Counted from the stretch's first letter, positions 23,874-38,924 are shown. The stretch: DNA of 64,000 bases from Paraphysomonas bandaiensis (GCA_965644295.1 CBFFRP010000125.1:1-64000); one strand, 5' to 3'. The notes: generated from the sequence alone by a model not told the origin. Program-made: numbers and translations.

Positions 23874-26800
23874 ATGTCAACGAATGACAATAATCTGGGG
23901 GATACTTCTATGTCTGGGGGGTCCATGGCAGCGACCTTTAAAGGTCGAAACACAGCCAAGTCAGCTGATGAGCTCAAACAGGCACGAGAATCTCGTGCAG
24001 CAGAGGCATTACGTATGAAAGATGAGCAATTACGAATACTTGCTCAACAAAATGAAACCCTTATTGCTTCATTGGATAAGGTGAGGATTGCAGAGAAGAG
24101 TATGCTTATATAAGTGTGATTATGATATTAGGTTGAAGAAGAAGCTAATACGATACAAATGGCGAAGCTATCTGTCGAACAAGAGAACAGAACTCTGCGG
24201 GATAATAACTTTGAATTGCAAAGTAAATCTCGGGCAGCAGAGACTCAGAGCAAACGTATGCAAACTGAAGTAGCTGAAAAAGAGAAACAATTGAGAATTA
24301 TGACCGACCAGAATTCTGAGCTTCTTCGATTACTTGAAAGTGAAGAGGGACTAACAGCGCAGCTACAGAGTGAAGTGTCGGAGTTACGCAGTGAGCTCGA
24401 TGAGCTCCGACAAAAACATGGATCTCTTTTGACAACTGCAAAAACACACGAAGAGATGTCCACGAAAGCTGCTCGTGAGGGTCAGCTTCGTGCAGAAGAA
24501 ATTCGACTCCTTCGTGCTGAAACAGAACAATTGAAACAACAGAATTCTGAGTTGAAAATGAAAACTCAGGTTGAGGTGGAGGCATTACAAGAGCAACTTC
24601 GTGTAAGAAAAGAGAAGCAATACCAGTTGTTAGAGAAACTACAGGCGCAGGAGGAAGCTAAGCGCCAGGCGGAGGACCAGGTGACTGGAATGGAGGAACA
24701 ACTTCGCAGCCTTCATGCCAGAAACGTTGAGCTCGAGACACAGATTCAGTTTGAAGCACGCATTAAGCAAAACCTGGAAGAGACAAACAAGGATCTTCAG
24801 ATAGAAAATAACAATATTCACTCAGCAAATTCGGAGTTGCAGACAAAGATTGACAAGAGTGAAAAGGAGCGCCTGAGAATGGAAGCTGAGGCTAGAGATA
24901 GCGGAGAAAAACTTCGAGAAATGGCGGAGAAAGTATTTCAGCTGCTGGAGAGGCTTAAATTGGCTGAACTAGGGAAGACAAAGGCCATGGAGGCCCTCAA
25001 AAAGAAAGAACTTGATATGGTTGCACTACAAAAGAAGAATGCTCGTCTGATAAAGGAGAGTACAGAGGAGGGTCGTGCAAGAGTAAAGGCGGAGCTAGAT
25101 GTGAAAGTACTGCAGGATCAAGTCCGAGCTCTGAAGAAACACAACTCTCAATTGACACAAAAGTGCAAAGAGGAGGCGCGTGATAAAGTGCGTGCTACAG
25201 AGGAGAATGAGCAACTTAAAGAAAAAATGACTGTCACTGAGTCCCGCTTGTCCTTTTTATTGAACAAAGTGCAGTCGGATGAGGAAGCCCGGGTTATTCA
25301 GGCGGAGGACAGGAAAAAGCTGGAAGCACAGGTACAGACTCTGACCGCTAAATGCGAGGAGTTCCACCACAAATTAGCTGAGACAGGAGAGAGCAACCGT
25401 GTTATTACACAGGCCATGCGCCTTAAACAGGAGGAGCTCAATGATATATCGATGAAGTATGAGGCCCTTTTGCGAGAGTGCGAGTCAAGGGAGCGCAATG
25501 AAGATCGGGACGACAACACGGGTGCGTCACAGGAGTTATCGGGAGCACGACCTGGTGCACCGGATGATATTGATAATGTTCGGCTCAACGAAGGGCGGGG
25601 TAGATTTTATGTAGAGGTCAAAACAGTTGGGGGTGGATCTATGCTCTTACTAAGAGGTCGTAAGCCGCTTTACAGGGATTGGCTCGATCGTCAATCTGTG
25701 AACGATTTCCTCAAACGCTGCCAAAAGACAACAAGGTTTAGGGATATGATTATTGAGAAGCTGGCATCTCTGTACGGGCTTCTTATGGTGGAAGAAGAAG
25801 AGAAGAATAAGGTTGTTAGTGAGGTTCAGGAAAGGGAGAAGCTTATTGACCACCTTCAGAAGAAGCTGGTATATATTCAAGATTGTCTTGCGACAGAGGA
25901 AGATGCTAAACGCCGGATGTTGTTGCGATATATTCATTCTGTAAAGGAGCATGCAGAGGCCACCTCGGATGGCCTTGGAGGGGTACTTCAACTTCCGGAG
26001 TCAAACATTTCGGATGAAGAAGTTCACGCTCTTGCGGCATTATTAAGGAATAACCATGCCATAGAGGAGCTTAACTTGCGAGGAAATAATATATCTGACG
26101 ATGGTGCGAGAGCTCTCGCCGCTGTTCTTTCTGGGCGCAGTGGACTTAGACTAGTGGATCTCCGCGCTAATAAAATCAGCAAAAGTGCGATACGTATTAT
26201 TGCAGAGGCATTAGAGAGAGCAGAGCGTGTACGTCACGTATATGTACATGCTGGTGGAAAGATAGAAGCTCTGGGCACGGGGAAGTGGGCAAAGAGTCGA
26301 TCCACTCTCTTGAACACCTCCACATCTATAGAGGACAGAGAAGAAGGGGATACTGCTAAGCAGACTATGAATGTCGAGACTGTGTGTGTTGTTGATATCA
26401 GAGACAATGTTCCAGCCAAAGCGTCTCTCCCATTTGATCCTAGTATGGCAGATTTCACTCAGTCAGAGAGTGTAGACTCGTCACTTAAATCGTTTTCACC
26501 GAAAAAAATGCTTGAAAGCACTGGGGCTCCGCCAAGAAGTGCGAATGGAACTCGTTCGGAGCCAAACTTAAGCACTGTTAGTAAAACCCCAGCAAAGAGT
26601 ATACAAGTCACCCAAACACACTCTGTTCCATTGAAAGCAGATATTAAGAAGAAGCAAAAGAAGGTATTTGATGTGAAGTATGCACATTAGTAGAGTAATT
26701 CGATATACAGATACGGAAAAAGAAAGAACTTGCAATCAAAGAGAGTTCATGGCAGGGAAGAATGGGTGGCATTGAACAGAAGGCAGAGAAGCCAAAGAAG

Positions 26801-27201
26801 AATACCCAACGGGGAGAACTTCCCCCTATTCATCTTGATGCAGAAAGCAGCACTGTAAGAAAGCTCTGTGTATTACTAGCTGTCGTGTAATAAATGTTTT
26901 ATATTCACAGTATGAAGAAGGCTCCGATAGTAGGGCTCATTCTGCTCCCGAGGGTTTACACGATACTGCGACATTTGGTATATTGGGTGACAATGGGGCC
27001 ATGAGCGTTAATCGTCCAGGTAGCCCAGAAGATGTTGTCAGACAGGCAATAGCTAAGGCTCGCGGTAAGGCGGGGAAAAGCAAGCCTGTTAGCCAGTCTG
27101 AGAAACGTCTAATGCAGAGGTATTGTACGTAATGAGTATATTTTTCGATTAATAGTTTTTGTAGTCCGTTTGCACAGCCGGTTGGAAACAAAAAGAAGTA
27201 G
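23874..27201 (+). CDS. Long coiled-coil protein with RNI-like leucine-rich repeats
   Basis: ORFs 23874.. and 24159..26690 plus small 3' exons; about 600 aa of E/K/Q heptads followed by LNLRGNNISDDGARALA and VDLRANKIS LRRs. Confidence 0.85.
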
Positions 27202-27709
27202 TACTATGATGTTAGTGTTACAAGTTTGTATTTATAGTTATTGTCCAGTGATGTTCCATATTGTAAACGTCAGAAAGTGTGTAGAGTTTTTGTTCTTACG
27301 ATGATTATAATATGTATAAATTATGAATACGACGCTACCATTATATGGGTCAGCATGGAACACTTTAGTATCAATTCGGTTGCTGTTGCGCTGTTGCTGT
27401 AAGGTCATTAGAACTTACTAAAAAGGTTCTCACACTCGATCGATAGGTGGCATATCACAATATAATTTCAATTGAGTGTTGGGCTTGCTGAGTTTCAAGC
27501 TTTAGAATGTCAATTTCTAACATACATTACTCATTCTTTCGCAAGCAGACAATCCGATATCCATTTATAACTTATATAGGCATATAACAGCAACTTAATT
27601 AACTTCCTTTATATATAAATATGCATACTTTTCTTATACGAATACCGGATACGTTTCGCTTATTGCAAACTGTTTAATCTCTTCACTTATATATATCATA
27701 CATCAGAAC

Positions 27710-28592
27710 TAGGCTTGCGAAAAAATTAATTGGTGACAAATGTCCAAGAAAATAATTGTAATTACTGTAATAACTATATGCATCCGATTATTGGCGTATA
27801 TTGCAATTTATTGCCTTCAATTCTATTGCTAGTAGATTTAGAACAAGTTTCTGATTTATAATCTCATATCAAAGATGCAAATCTTTACGCAGAAACATCA
27901 ATATTTCAACGTGTCTAGGTGTTATTCGCTTGCTAGAGAACCTCTCACAAACATTTGTAGTGCTATAAAAACGTTTCTCCTTCCTCCTCATCTTCTTTCT
28001 CTTTATCGAGTTCACCTTCTACATCATTTATCATACAGCGTCGCACCTGTGATTTATCAGCGCAGTCCAGTTCTATTTCCCTACCTGTGTATTTGTCAGG
28101 CCCGAAGGCGTCTACACAAGTGACACCAATTGTACCACATAAGCACTAGGCTATGAGTGAGCAGAACAATATCTGCTGGCTATATATGCGGCTCACGTAA
28201 GTTTTCCGGAGAATTATCTCCGGTAGTTATTTCCCAGAACACCAGGAAAGGTGCGAGACCGACTTTATTCTTGAAGTCCAACCCCACTAAATGTAACTCG
28301 TCAAACAGATAATGATACTGGCCCTTATACTGTCACGTACAATTATGATTGATTAAATGATAACGTGACTGTGCACATACATAATACATACACATACATC
28401 CAAACTTCAATGCTAACAGATAATGGGTTTCTACGTTTGTACCTATGATCAGTAGCTATACATCTTAAGATGCTAGCCAGCCAACTAATAGTAATTAATT
28501 GGCAACATTTACCAATAATAATAACTGAAATTGTCACTTTTAATTCAATTAATTGGCAATTATGAAAGCCACTTAATTGTGACGCAAGCCTG
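27710..28592. mobile_element. 883-bp hAT-type non-autonomous transposon (same family as the 6.3-7.3 kb MITEs)
   Basis: Left end taggcttgcgaaaaaattaattgg, right end ttaattgtgacgcaagcctg; perfect 8-bp TSD atcagaac (27702-27709, 28593-28600). Confidence 0.88.
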
Positions 28593-28731
28593 ATCAGAAC
28601 TCAACATTCCCAACAACAAATACAGCCCAACTCTGGTAATATGGAGCATCAAATTATTATATTAATCTTAAGATATATCGTGTCATATTTGATTATACTA
28701 GCCACCGTTCTATATTAGTATTTACTACTGC

Positions 28732-31404
28732 CTAAGAGGTTCTAGACTTCTTCGATTTCTTGTTACTTTCTCGAGATAATTTTGTTTTCAGCTTGTCCGC
28801 CAATGACTTAACTGCCTGGGAACTAGGAACTGCTTCAACATTAGATTCTTCATATGAAGTTTGATGTCTACTGATACTCTTTGTGGCTTGCCTCTTCTCG
28901 CGGTGTTTATGCTGTTCATCTAATACCTTCTTCATCCCTTCTGTTGGACGGAACTCATTGGCGGTGGGATCAATACCGAAATCTGGGTTCGATCCTTCAA
29001 TTACTGCCTTGAATCTATCGTCTGAAAGATCTAATTCAAAATTATCAGCGTCTTTATTTTCTTCATTGCTCCTGAAGCGATATATATATTACAACTATTA
29101 GTCCACGATATGGTGCATATTAACCTCTTTCTTTTCTTCTGTTTTTTACTCTGAGCCTTCAGCGTCTTTTCGAACTCTTTTTTGCTGAACTTCAATCTAT
29201 CTGCCGTTTCCACCTCATCCCCATCCCCTGCAAACATGAGTTCCAGCTGGTCCGCACTTACAGAGTCCGGGACAGGATCTTCCTCAATCACTTTACTCTT
29301 CCTTTCACCCTTCTTCTTTCCGCCGTTTCGAGATGTGACATCGTTTGTGTCAGTTGCTACAGCGGATGCTTTCTTATTCGCCTTCTTCTGTGCACGAGCC
29401 CTCTTCTTGGCTTCTGCTGGTGTCTCCTGTCAGTATGTCACAACTACGAATTTACTGAATATATACACGAGTACATGACACATACATTGTCTCTGTTTTC
29501 ATCCTCGTTGTCACTTGGTACGAATGTCATCACTTTGTCAACTTCGCCACCCTCATCATCACGGTCATCAACGAACCCTTCATCATGATCCCCAGCATTA
29601 CTCTCATCCTCTGACATGAAGAACTCGTCACGACTGCCTTCACTGTCACTGCCTTCCTCTCCATCGTCTCCAAGAAGAAGCTTTCGGAGCTTTGAGGCTC
29701 TGTACATAGAGAAGTAGTGTCAAAACAAGACAAATACAATAGCCCTAGAAAATTTGCTGTAGAAGAAAAGACTTTCAATAACTTACTTCTTCGATCGTTT
29801 CTTCGAGCTTGTTCTATCATTCTCGTCACTATCTGAGTCGTCATCGTCATCGGATTCTACATCACTGTCCTCCTCCGATGATGCATCAGATGCCATATAC
29901 TGGAGCATGTCGCTCTCCTGAAGATCTCTCCATTTAGATGCAGTGGCAGTGTGGGCACGACGACGAGCCATAATCCCTCCCCCGTCCCTGGCGTCATCGT
30001 TTTCCCACGAACACTGGACAGATGTTCGCTGCAGCCACATATCAATATCAAGATAATGAGTTGGGTTCACGAAAAAGGCGAAACAAGATAGCATACCTGC
30101 ATTGCATTCAACACGAAGTCGTTTGGAGGAACATAAGTTGCAGATGGCTTCACACATTTGTCACGGACTTTCCGATCCTCAAAGCTATGCCCAACACCCA
30201 ACAATGTTAGGAAACGTAAGTGCAAAACGAGGCCTGTATACCTGACTTCATCAGGTACCACTCGAAGATCCATGGCCATCGAAGAGTGCTCGAGCTCCAT
30301 CCCATCGAGCTCTCGGTATAACTTGTCGGCAGTCGAAGGCGAGTCCAGTTCTGCGATCGCGAAGTAGTAGCGGAGTTTTGACAGTTCATAGGCACGAAGT
30401 GCTACGACGTCAACACCAGTGTCCTTGGATTTCCTTAAATCATGACAGGTGTGTGGTAAGTAAGGTACCTACAAGTGAAAAGAGTGTAAGACGTCTTACC
30501 TTGACGTCTTTTCTTCACCGTCATCATCTAGTTGATACACCAGTCCCGCCTTGCGCTCAGGTCTAACGAAATCTCCAGCACCTTCCTCCTGTGACGGCAT
30601 GTCATCAATGGACATGATGCGCATGTCATCTTCCTCATCATCAGTGTCCTCTTCCTCGTCATCAGAGTTCTTTTCATCGTCATCCTCTTCGCTATTGTTT
30701 CCAGTACTTGCTTCAATCTCAGACCCTTCATCATCACCGTCATCATTGCTCAAGGGGCCCGTAGAATTGTGCTCCTCCACAGATGTGTGCTTAAATATTT
30801 CCTTGGGAGGACCATGTATCTCCTCGTACTCCATTTGTTGCAGTCCAAAGTCCGATGGATAAACAGTAACACTCTTCACAACTCCACCAGTGGGGCAGAA
30901 TGATTGTAATATCATCCTACCAATACCGTCAAGCACAACAATAAGTAAAAATATGCACTTACAAAATATCTTCAGCAGTGACGTTATCCCAATCACAGTT
31001 CTGTATCGCTAAGCGACTGCTCTCGAGCGCTCCTGTTTCTTCATCCTCAGCATACTCTACTTCATCTCCTGGGATAGCCAGGGGATTGTCAACTCCGTCC
31101 ACCTCCACTTCATCTTCATCAGAGCTCTCGTCGTCTTCGTCAGAGTGATTTTCTTCGGCCTCACTCACTTCAGAATCTTCTTCTTCATCATCATCGTCTG
31201 AAGAAGAGCATGAAACTTCTCCTCTAGCGAGCTTGTTTAAGTAATCTAAGCGACTTTCAATCCCTCCTCCAGAGCGTTTACTTTTGGAGTCTGTGGTGGA
31301 AGGTTCTTCCTCTTCAATGTCATAAAACTCCTTCAACTCTTTTGCAGCAGAAGCTTTCGCCGATTTCTTTCTTCCGTAGCAATCAACACTAGCTAATAAC
31401 AGAG

Positions 31405-31435
<31 letters not shown>

Positions 31436-31717
31436 CATACATACATACATACATACATACATACAGATGCATATATGCAGTGTGTGTGTGAGGTTTACCT
31501 GATGAAGACACATGAAATCTATCATCACTCAAGACACTTTTAAATCTATCATCGACTTTCGTTTTAAACTTCTCCTTATGACTCTTTTTGAATATCTAAA
31601 CACACACATACACATATACACACATGTATCAGTCAGTATGAAGGGATCGTATATATAGGAGGATATTACAGGAGCTGAGTGCATATCTTTGAAACGTGGA
31701 TCATCTTCTTTTGTCAT
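28732..31717 (-). CDS. ESF1: Pre-rRNA-processing protein ESF1
   Basis: DDPRF..., VDCYGR, SRLAIQNCDWDNVTAEDI, VKSVTVYPSDFG, LRAYELSKLRYYFAIA, DGMELEHSS..DLRVVPD, CSWENDD and a NUC153-like DDRFKAV...FGIDPTANEFRPTEGMKK. Confidence 0.93.
31407..31465. repeat. (CATA)n microsatellite in an early ESF1 intron
   Basis: Visible array of about 14 units within an intron near the gene start. Confidence 0.95.
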
Positions 31718-32377
31718 AGTCACTCAAGTGATCGTGAAGTCTCTTGAAATCTCGTGTAATAGTCTATCAGTGATGTGGGATTGTATACAAGTCTCTATTA
31801 AACTCTGTGTGTGTTATGTATGAGATTCATCGTAGCTTGTGTCTTCCATTGAATTCTATATACATACATACACACATATAGCACTGGTGGACAAGAGGAC
31901 TACACTGTATTCACTATACTACGGGATATACTATCCACTCGACCATCAAGACACCTTCTACTACACTGTATTCTAAGGAATACATCACGTATTTGACTCC
32001 AACACTGAGAGATCTAAACTACTAGACTACAGTAGTATACGGTGTACTATGGGTAGTTTGTACAAATCATGTCCTTTAGAAACACTAGATTTCTAGACTT
32101 TTCGAAGACTGAAATCCTATAGTTTGTACCAAGTCTGTCTAGAATACTGAATTTATGATCAAAGGTTTATAAAAATATGGTATTTTACAGTATTTTTAGG
32201 ATATTCAGTGAAAAACCACCGCAAAACCCCTAGAAATATGTCTTTCCAGTAGTAGTTACGTTGTTATGATAGCAGTGATCTTAATGTATGAAATCACTCG
32301 TACATATCTCATTAATCCACCTCTCTATCATTATTAACTATATACTAACCATATTCATTATAACAAACATATTCAAC

Positions 32378-33059
32378 ATGATGCCACATATAGAAAGAGA
32401 AGCTAGACATATTACACGATTAGCTTATATGGAAACTGATGCAACTGATGAGAAAAACGTGAATCTTGCTAAGCAATTAGACGGTATGGCTAACTATACA
32501 TACAACCATACATACAACCTTATAATACATATATATATATATAGAACCAGCTATTATCAAATTAATTGAAAGATTTTTTGAATTAATGGATTCTGATGAT
32601 GATCCGGATGACTCCTTTAAGAGACTATACGACAACTCGAAGATGGCGAAGGAGGAGATTGTACAGGGATATTATGAGTATTTAATACAAAGATTAGGTG
32701 GGAAACCGTATTTTACAGAGCGTAGAGGACATCCAAATTTGGTATCAGTACATGCGAGAGTAGGTGTTTCTACTGCCCATAAAAACAAATGGCTTGCACT
32801 CATGGAGGATGCGTTTGATTCTATGGAAGATACATTTAATCCTGAAACAAAAGATATTCTTATGAGGTTCTTTGTGCAGTCTTGTACAACCTATGTGGTG
32901 GGAACACAGATTGCTGAGGAACATGCATGTGCCAGGTTGTACGATGACGACTTTATGTGCAATCGTATACCTGACCCACCTTCTGAAGATGACAAGAAAG
33001 GTGAGGATATTACGTCTTCTTCAGATGGCATAGTACGACATAGAAATTATAGAAAGTAG
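32378..33059 (+). CDS. Group II truncated (2/2) hemoglobin, plant GLB3/HbO-like, one intron
   Basis: YEYLIQRLGGKPYFTERRGHPNLVSVH ... KWLALMEDA matches the trHbO GG-P-Y...GHPxLxxxH motif and the G8 Trp. Confidence 0.88.
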
Positions 33060-33727
33060 TGCGTGCTATAGGATCGCCTGTAAATACTTTATGTGTATGT
33101 TACTTGTGCAATGAGGGGAAACTAATGTATAAAGCTTAGTGTCGCTTATTTGGTATTTCCAACGTATTGGAGTGTATATGCCATGCGGTATGTGTGGTTG
33201 GGGTGAACAATTCTTTCTAGTTCATGATTTCAGCATGCACATGAAGTATCAATGTGAAAACACTTGCATACCAATGACTCATAGCTTATTTTACGGTTAC
33301 AGAGCACTATATAGAAGAACATAGAACTGTACGAAATATACAGCCAGATGTACTATTGCAAGAGATATTGCTTACTTTTTCGCCCTAATGAAACTTTAAT
33401 CAGTAATATTTACACTATTATAATTTGAAGTATATTGTAGAATAGAATTTCTACTGAAGCATTAACACGATTCAAGCAAGGGAATATGTATAGTACTTAA
33501 GAACGAAAGTAGTGTTGGTGTATTTTGTATCCATGGAGTTAAACAAAACTAATGTTGAGTAATATCTGCAACCAGAATCGACGAGACTCAGGACCACTAT
33601 AACACGGTCAAACCAGATATATTATAATCTATATATATTACATTACAGTGTCATAACGCACAGTCACAGAAGTGAATCCAAATAAATCTTAATATATACA
33701 TAGTAATCTGAATCTATTACAGCAATA

Positions 33728-36700
33728 CTAACTCAAATTCTTCTTTCTGAAGTTCATTCGGCTACGCAGAAGTCCCTCGCGAAGTTTGTTAGGACTTTTA
33801 GGCCCTCTGTGCTTCGGACTAACACAATTAAAACTGTCGACAGAATCTAAATCTATAGCACTTGTACCAGTCGTCACAAGTGAAGTTTCAGCGACCTCCG
33901 CTACAACAACCGCAAGCTCTCTGCGAGAAGTTGTAGATTTCTTCGCGCAATGTTCATCACTCTCCGAAACATGGCTATCTTTCACTGCCTCGCAATCCAT
34001 ATTAAAATCTGGGTCCGACTTTTGTAAATGGTAAGGGGTCTCCGGCTGCGGGGCCACTGCTGGAAACTGAATCGAGTGAACAGTGTGACTGCTAGAGGTT
34101 TCTAGTACGTAGTCTCCATTACTATTTATATGATTATGCAAATACTGATAATTTGAGTCAGGAGCAGACGTCGTGTCCACAGTATTAACAGCTTCTGACT
34201 GAATTCTGGACAGCAGCTTCTTATATTTCACCGACGGTGGTTGTGGAGGAGATGGACAAACCAATTGAGCTCGAACAGTCCCCTGAGATCCACTTGAAGG
34301 AATCGCGTTTCGCAGTGCCGACACGCGTGCCCGCCTGTGATCGTGTGCGGACTTAGACCTCTGTTTCTGTTCGATTCTGGCAGAGTGTCGACCGAGGGCA
34401 CCGAGCAAAGCCGCCGTTTCTCCAGCCACTCGTCTGGTACTCAGTTTCGAGCGCATAACTTTCTTCTCACGTTTCGATTGGTTTACCGTTTCCACAGCAG
34501 CCCGGAACAACTCTTCGTTCTTTTCTTGAATAACTTTTTGAGAATCCATCTTCTCTTTAGCAGCATCCTTTTGACAGCGATCAACACGTTTTTCCCTCCA
34601 TTCGCCGACAGTTGTCGCACGTGTCTCTTCCTCGCGTTTTTTCTTAGCTCTATTCTCCAGCTTTACTTCCAAGTCCCTCTCCTTCGTCTCGTGTGCTTCT
34701 TTGGTTTTCTTCAATTTTTCTTGTTTCAGAAGAGTTGCAGCAGCCTGTTTCGACATCTGCAACAGTTCTTTTGGGTGAAATACACGAGGTGTTAGCGACT
34801 GTTGCTCATCCGGCGATTGAGATCGAGACGAAGCACTGAGGATAGCACCTGCAGACTGAGGGCGTCGACGGAACGTTACCGGGGCATATGAGGCTGGTTT
34901 AGGAGGGACTTGATATTCGGTTTGTCGCGTATGATCATACTGAGAGAGACGGATGATCTCCAGGCGACTCACAGCCGTATTTTCTGCATTTCCTAACTCA
35001 TCTCCATTTTGAATATCATCCGTGAATTGTGCACACCACCTGAGAACCCGGTCAGCATTCCATAGGTGCCGTTGTAGTCTTTCGTCCACTGCACCAGCGC
35101 CCTTGCTTTTTGGTCTGTCAGACTGAGTTGGAGATACGGATCTCCTCTCCACAGCAGGTCGAAGTCTTGCAGTTGTCAGTTGAGTGACAGTTTGTACATA
35201 CTCCTGTCGCTGCCGCACAGCATGATTCACGCCATCATTTCGCACTTGAACCTGCGCACGAGGGGAACACTCTGGTACTTCCCCAATTCGGGGCCTTTGA
35301 GTTCCTCTACTTTCTTCACCTTCAGCATTGCGCTCAGAGTGACCTGCTCCTGTTCGACCAGAGTTACGGGTGGAAAGAGACTCGCACAGAAACCTAAAGC
35401 GAATAGTATCTTTTGCTGTAATTGATGTATAATGGGCAAAAAGCCAATCCACGTTATCAGTAGTCAAGATTACTCTGGCTTCAAGTGGCACAACAGCAGA
35501 CTCATTGCTGACGTGGCTCCGTTGCGGGATTTGCCCCTTAATAGCAGAAACAACACAGCAATATCTTGGAGAGTCGAGAAGTTCTGCAGTATCAGGTTTG
35601 GTAAGGTATGGACCACCTAATATATCTTCCCGTCGATAACGTATGCTAAAAGAAACCATTAAACGCGGCAGTTTCGTTAAAAAATAATTCATACCTATCT
35701 AACACACATTCCTTGGTCATCATACGCAGAGAAGATCTAGACTTTGGGTCGTACGTCTGTAGCATGAGCATCGCGCACCGGGTACGAGCTTCAGCGGTAG
35801 ATGCAAACGTTAGCTGCATTACTCGAAATTCGTGGGTACTATGAGACTGTGGAGAGGCCGTTCGGACCGGAAAGTGGGCAACAGTTACTTCACAATGTGA
35901 GCCAATCAGTGAAAATATAATATCATGATAGCTCATAGGAGAAGATCGCAGAGGGGAATTCTGAGTATGAGGTCGCCAGGAGGCCCACATAGGTATACAC
36001 TGCCTCATATAGCACATCGCCACCTCTTCCTTGGGCAGATCACGTACGGGTACAGTTTTCCGCATGTGGCAATTTCTACGAAGAAATGGAGGATTACGCG
36101 GACGACTTGGTGGGGCTTGAGTAGATGTTCCATCTATCGGCTCCTGGTAGAGTGGGGACAGCTGCAACGGCTGATACACCAGTCGGCCGTCCTTATTAAA
36201 AAGTGGTATACCACAATACTCTGGGAAAACTCGAAGAATTCGGTGGTTATACGGTCTCGAATGACACCTGAGGAGTCTATAATATACCCAAGCGTCCATG
36301 TAAAGCGTGTTCGAAGTAATACCACGACAGACCTGAGATATTAAACGGAGCAGACATAAACGTCTACAGAGTCCATTGGAGAGTCGCCAGCATCGTTGAA
36401 TCGCAATCGCTGCACGTCTGCGCAACAATGCCCCGATAATAGGTCCCGACTGGGCTCTACGGATGTGATGCCCCCTCCAGATACGTTGTATTTCTATCGC
36501 AGCACTACTTTCTAACACCTCCGTGTCATACAAAATGGGCAAATTCGGCCAGTGCATTCCACCTTTAGTGGCAAGAAGAGAGGCCGTAGATCTTCGCAGG
36601 TACTTATATATTTTCCACATGAAGCTTATGTCTATGCCGAAGTGAAGCACCAGCATTCCACTACTTCGCTTCCAGAAGTGATTATACCCTTTATTCGATT

Positions 36701-38198
36701 CAAATCTAAATCTTATCCTCTTAGGTGGTGAGTGAACTTCCCATTGTTTTAAATATTGTAACATGTGCCGGCCTCTTGGCTTCAAAATATAGAGTAGTTT
36801 GCGCTGGCTTTCCGTGGCGTAGCATATGGCAGCTAACGGTACGGCCCGCAATATAGTCATGCGTGGTTTGACAGGTGATCCAATGGCCGATCTCATCTCT
36901 TCCGTGATAGAGACTGAGTCTTCGTCATTCATTTCATTCTCATCAATGTGTCCCATGCAATGTCGAGGGTGAGCCTTCAGACACACTAGGTGCCGTTCGT
37001 GAGGATCAGCCGTGGAGGACCACATCGGCCTTTCCCGTACACACCGTATTCGTTGTAAGGCACGCATTCCACGTATAACATTTTCTACTCGCTTCTTTAG
37101 CCCTGGGGTGCTCTCATTGGCCAACAGTACCAACGATTTCGTAACAAGGTCACAATGGGAGGAAGGGAATACTAGGCCGGTGATACGATGGCAGCGGAAC
37201 CATCGGCATACACCATTGTGCACAGTTATAACCATTCGGAACCACCACTGAATTCGTCGTGCTGCTCGCTCTCGTTTTTTTCTTGCTGTATATACCCTCC
37301 AATGAACTTGTATAACAGCAACCATCGGAGTCATTAAATTCAGTCGGAGAACCTCAATTTCACTGGCATATGTATCGTCCGCTTCTCGCACTATAATCTG
37401 CATCTCTGCCGCAACTCGGCGGTTAAGTAGAAACCTCCGCACGCGTGCCTGGAATTTAGATATACACAAGTGATATTTTTCTATTCGAACATATCGCATC
37501 CAAGAACGCAGTGATCGTTGTATAATACGCACAGGACTAAACATTTGACGTATGTGGAAAAGAGTGTGCGATTGGTAAGTAAGGACCCGTCGCAGGGACT
37601 CAACAGAGTCGCGCTTGTGACACACTCTAAAATACTTATGTACATACAAATACTTTGAACATGCTGCAAAACGTGATCCCGAGAATTTACCCCAACCAGG
37701 TAAAATTTCTTCATCAGAAACAATATGTTTATCCAATGCCACTAAAGCGGAATGGAGGCCAAATACTATGGATCGGTACTTCGTCAACTTGGTCACACGA
37801 TTGCCACTTAGATTTAAGTACTCAAGTGTCGGCAGGGCATTTTCTAATTGCTGAATACCTGACTCCTCCGTAATCAAATTGTGTGACAAGTCTAGAAACT
37901 TTAAACTTGTCAGTGTTTGAATGCAAAGGGGGACTGTTGTTATGAGGTTATCAGCCAAACAAGCAAACCACAATTGAGTGCAATTTTCCAGAATATTTCC
38001 ATTGTGTAAATGACAACTTCGAAGTTCTAACTGAAGTAAACGTCCAGATATTTGATAAAATGGTTCAAAATATGTTGTTTGATAAAAATATACATAAAAA
38101 GGAGTGATAATCGCTGTGTTATTGATATCAGTCTTCTTATTTGTACATGAGACACCAGTGACGCCATGAATATCCGTATTTTTACTATCAATTTTCAT
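33728..38198 (-). CDS. Leucine-rich repeat and IQ-motif protein (LRRIQ-like), two long exons
   Basis: SDS22-type LRRs (LDLSHNLI, LNLSGNRV, LDKHIVSDEE); IQ motifs IQRSLRSW, FQARVRRF and IQRIWRGH; intron at about 35646-35694 joins the two ORFs. Confidence 0.8.
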
Positions 38199-38924
38199 AA
38201 TATTAGAATAAAAATATAAGAAATATTAAAAAAATATATGATTTTAATGAATTGTATATGTATATAATTAACAGAACACTATACAATACATGAGTATATG
38301 GTACTCTAGTGTACTATAACAATAGGGGTGTATGTACCCATCATCTTATAGTTATAAGAGGTGTTATAGAGGTCATGTAAGAATAGATTGGTTCATAGGA
38401 CAGTATTCTCTTGTTTTGATAGGTAAGTCTCTTAATAGAATGTCAATCTAGATATATTTATGATGAATTGATTTGTAATATATGCAACTTAGTGTTAACG
38501 AGGATCTCTATACATTATATTCATATCTGATAATACACACACCTCACCCACATCTCTATATGAAAACCCACATTGGAGTGTGATATACGTTCACTGTATA
38601 CAATGTATTCCAGAAATCTAATATAAAAAAAACTGCTCAAGAAAATGACAAGAAAACTAGTCCTAATTTCAGTTTTTTCAATTCTAAAAACTGAAAGTGT
38701 CCCCGTAAGATTACATCAATTGACTGACTTAGAAGTAGGGGTTATATACGTCTATGGGGATATGGATGATATGCAATGGATGTTATGTGCCCTGTTTAAT
38801 TAACTCCCCTTGATACTATCTAGTGAGTTAATTGAGGCAATAGCAAGAAAACTCATATATATTTTGAAAGGTAAATTTCTTATGAGATGTTGGTTATATT
38901 TTATCCCTTATATAATGATATAGA

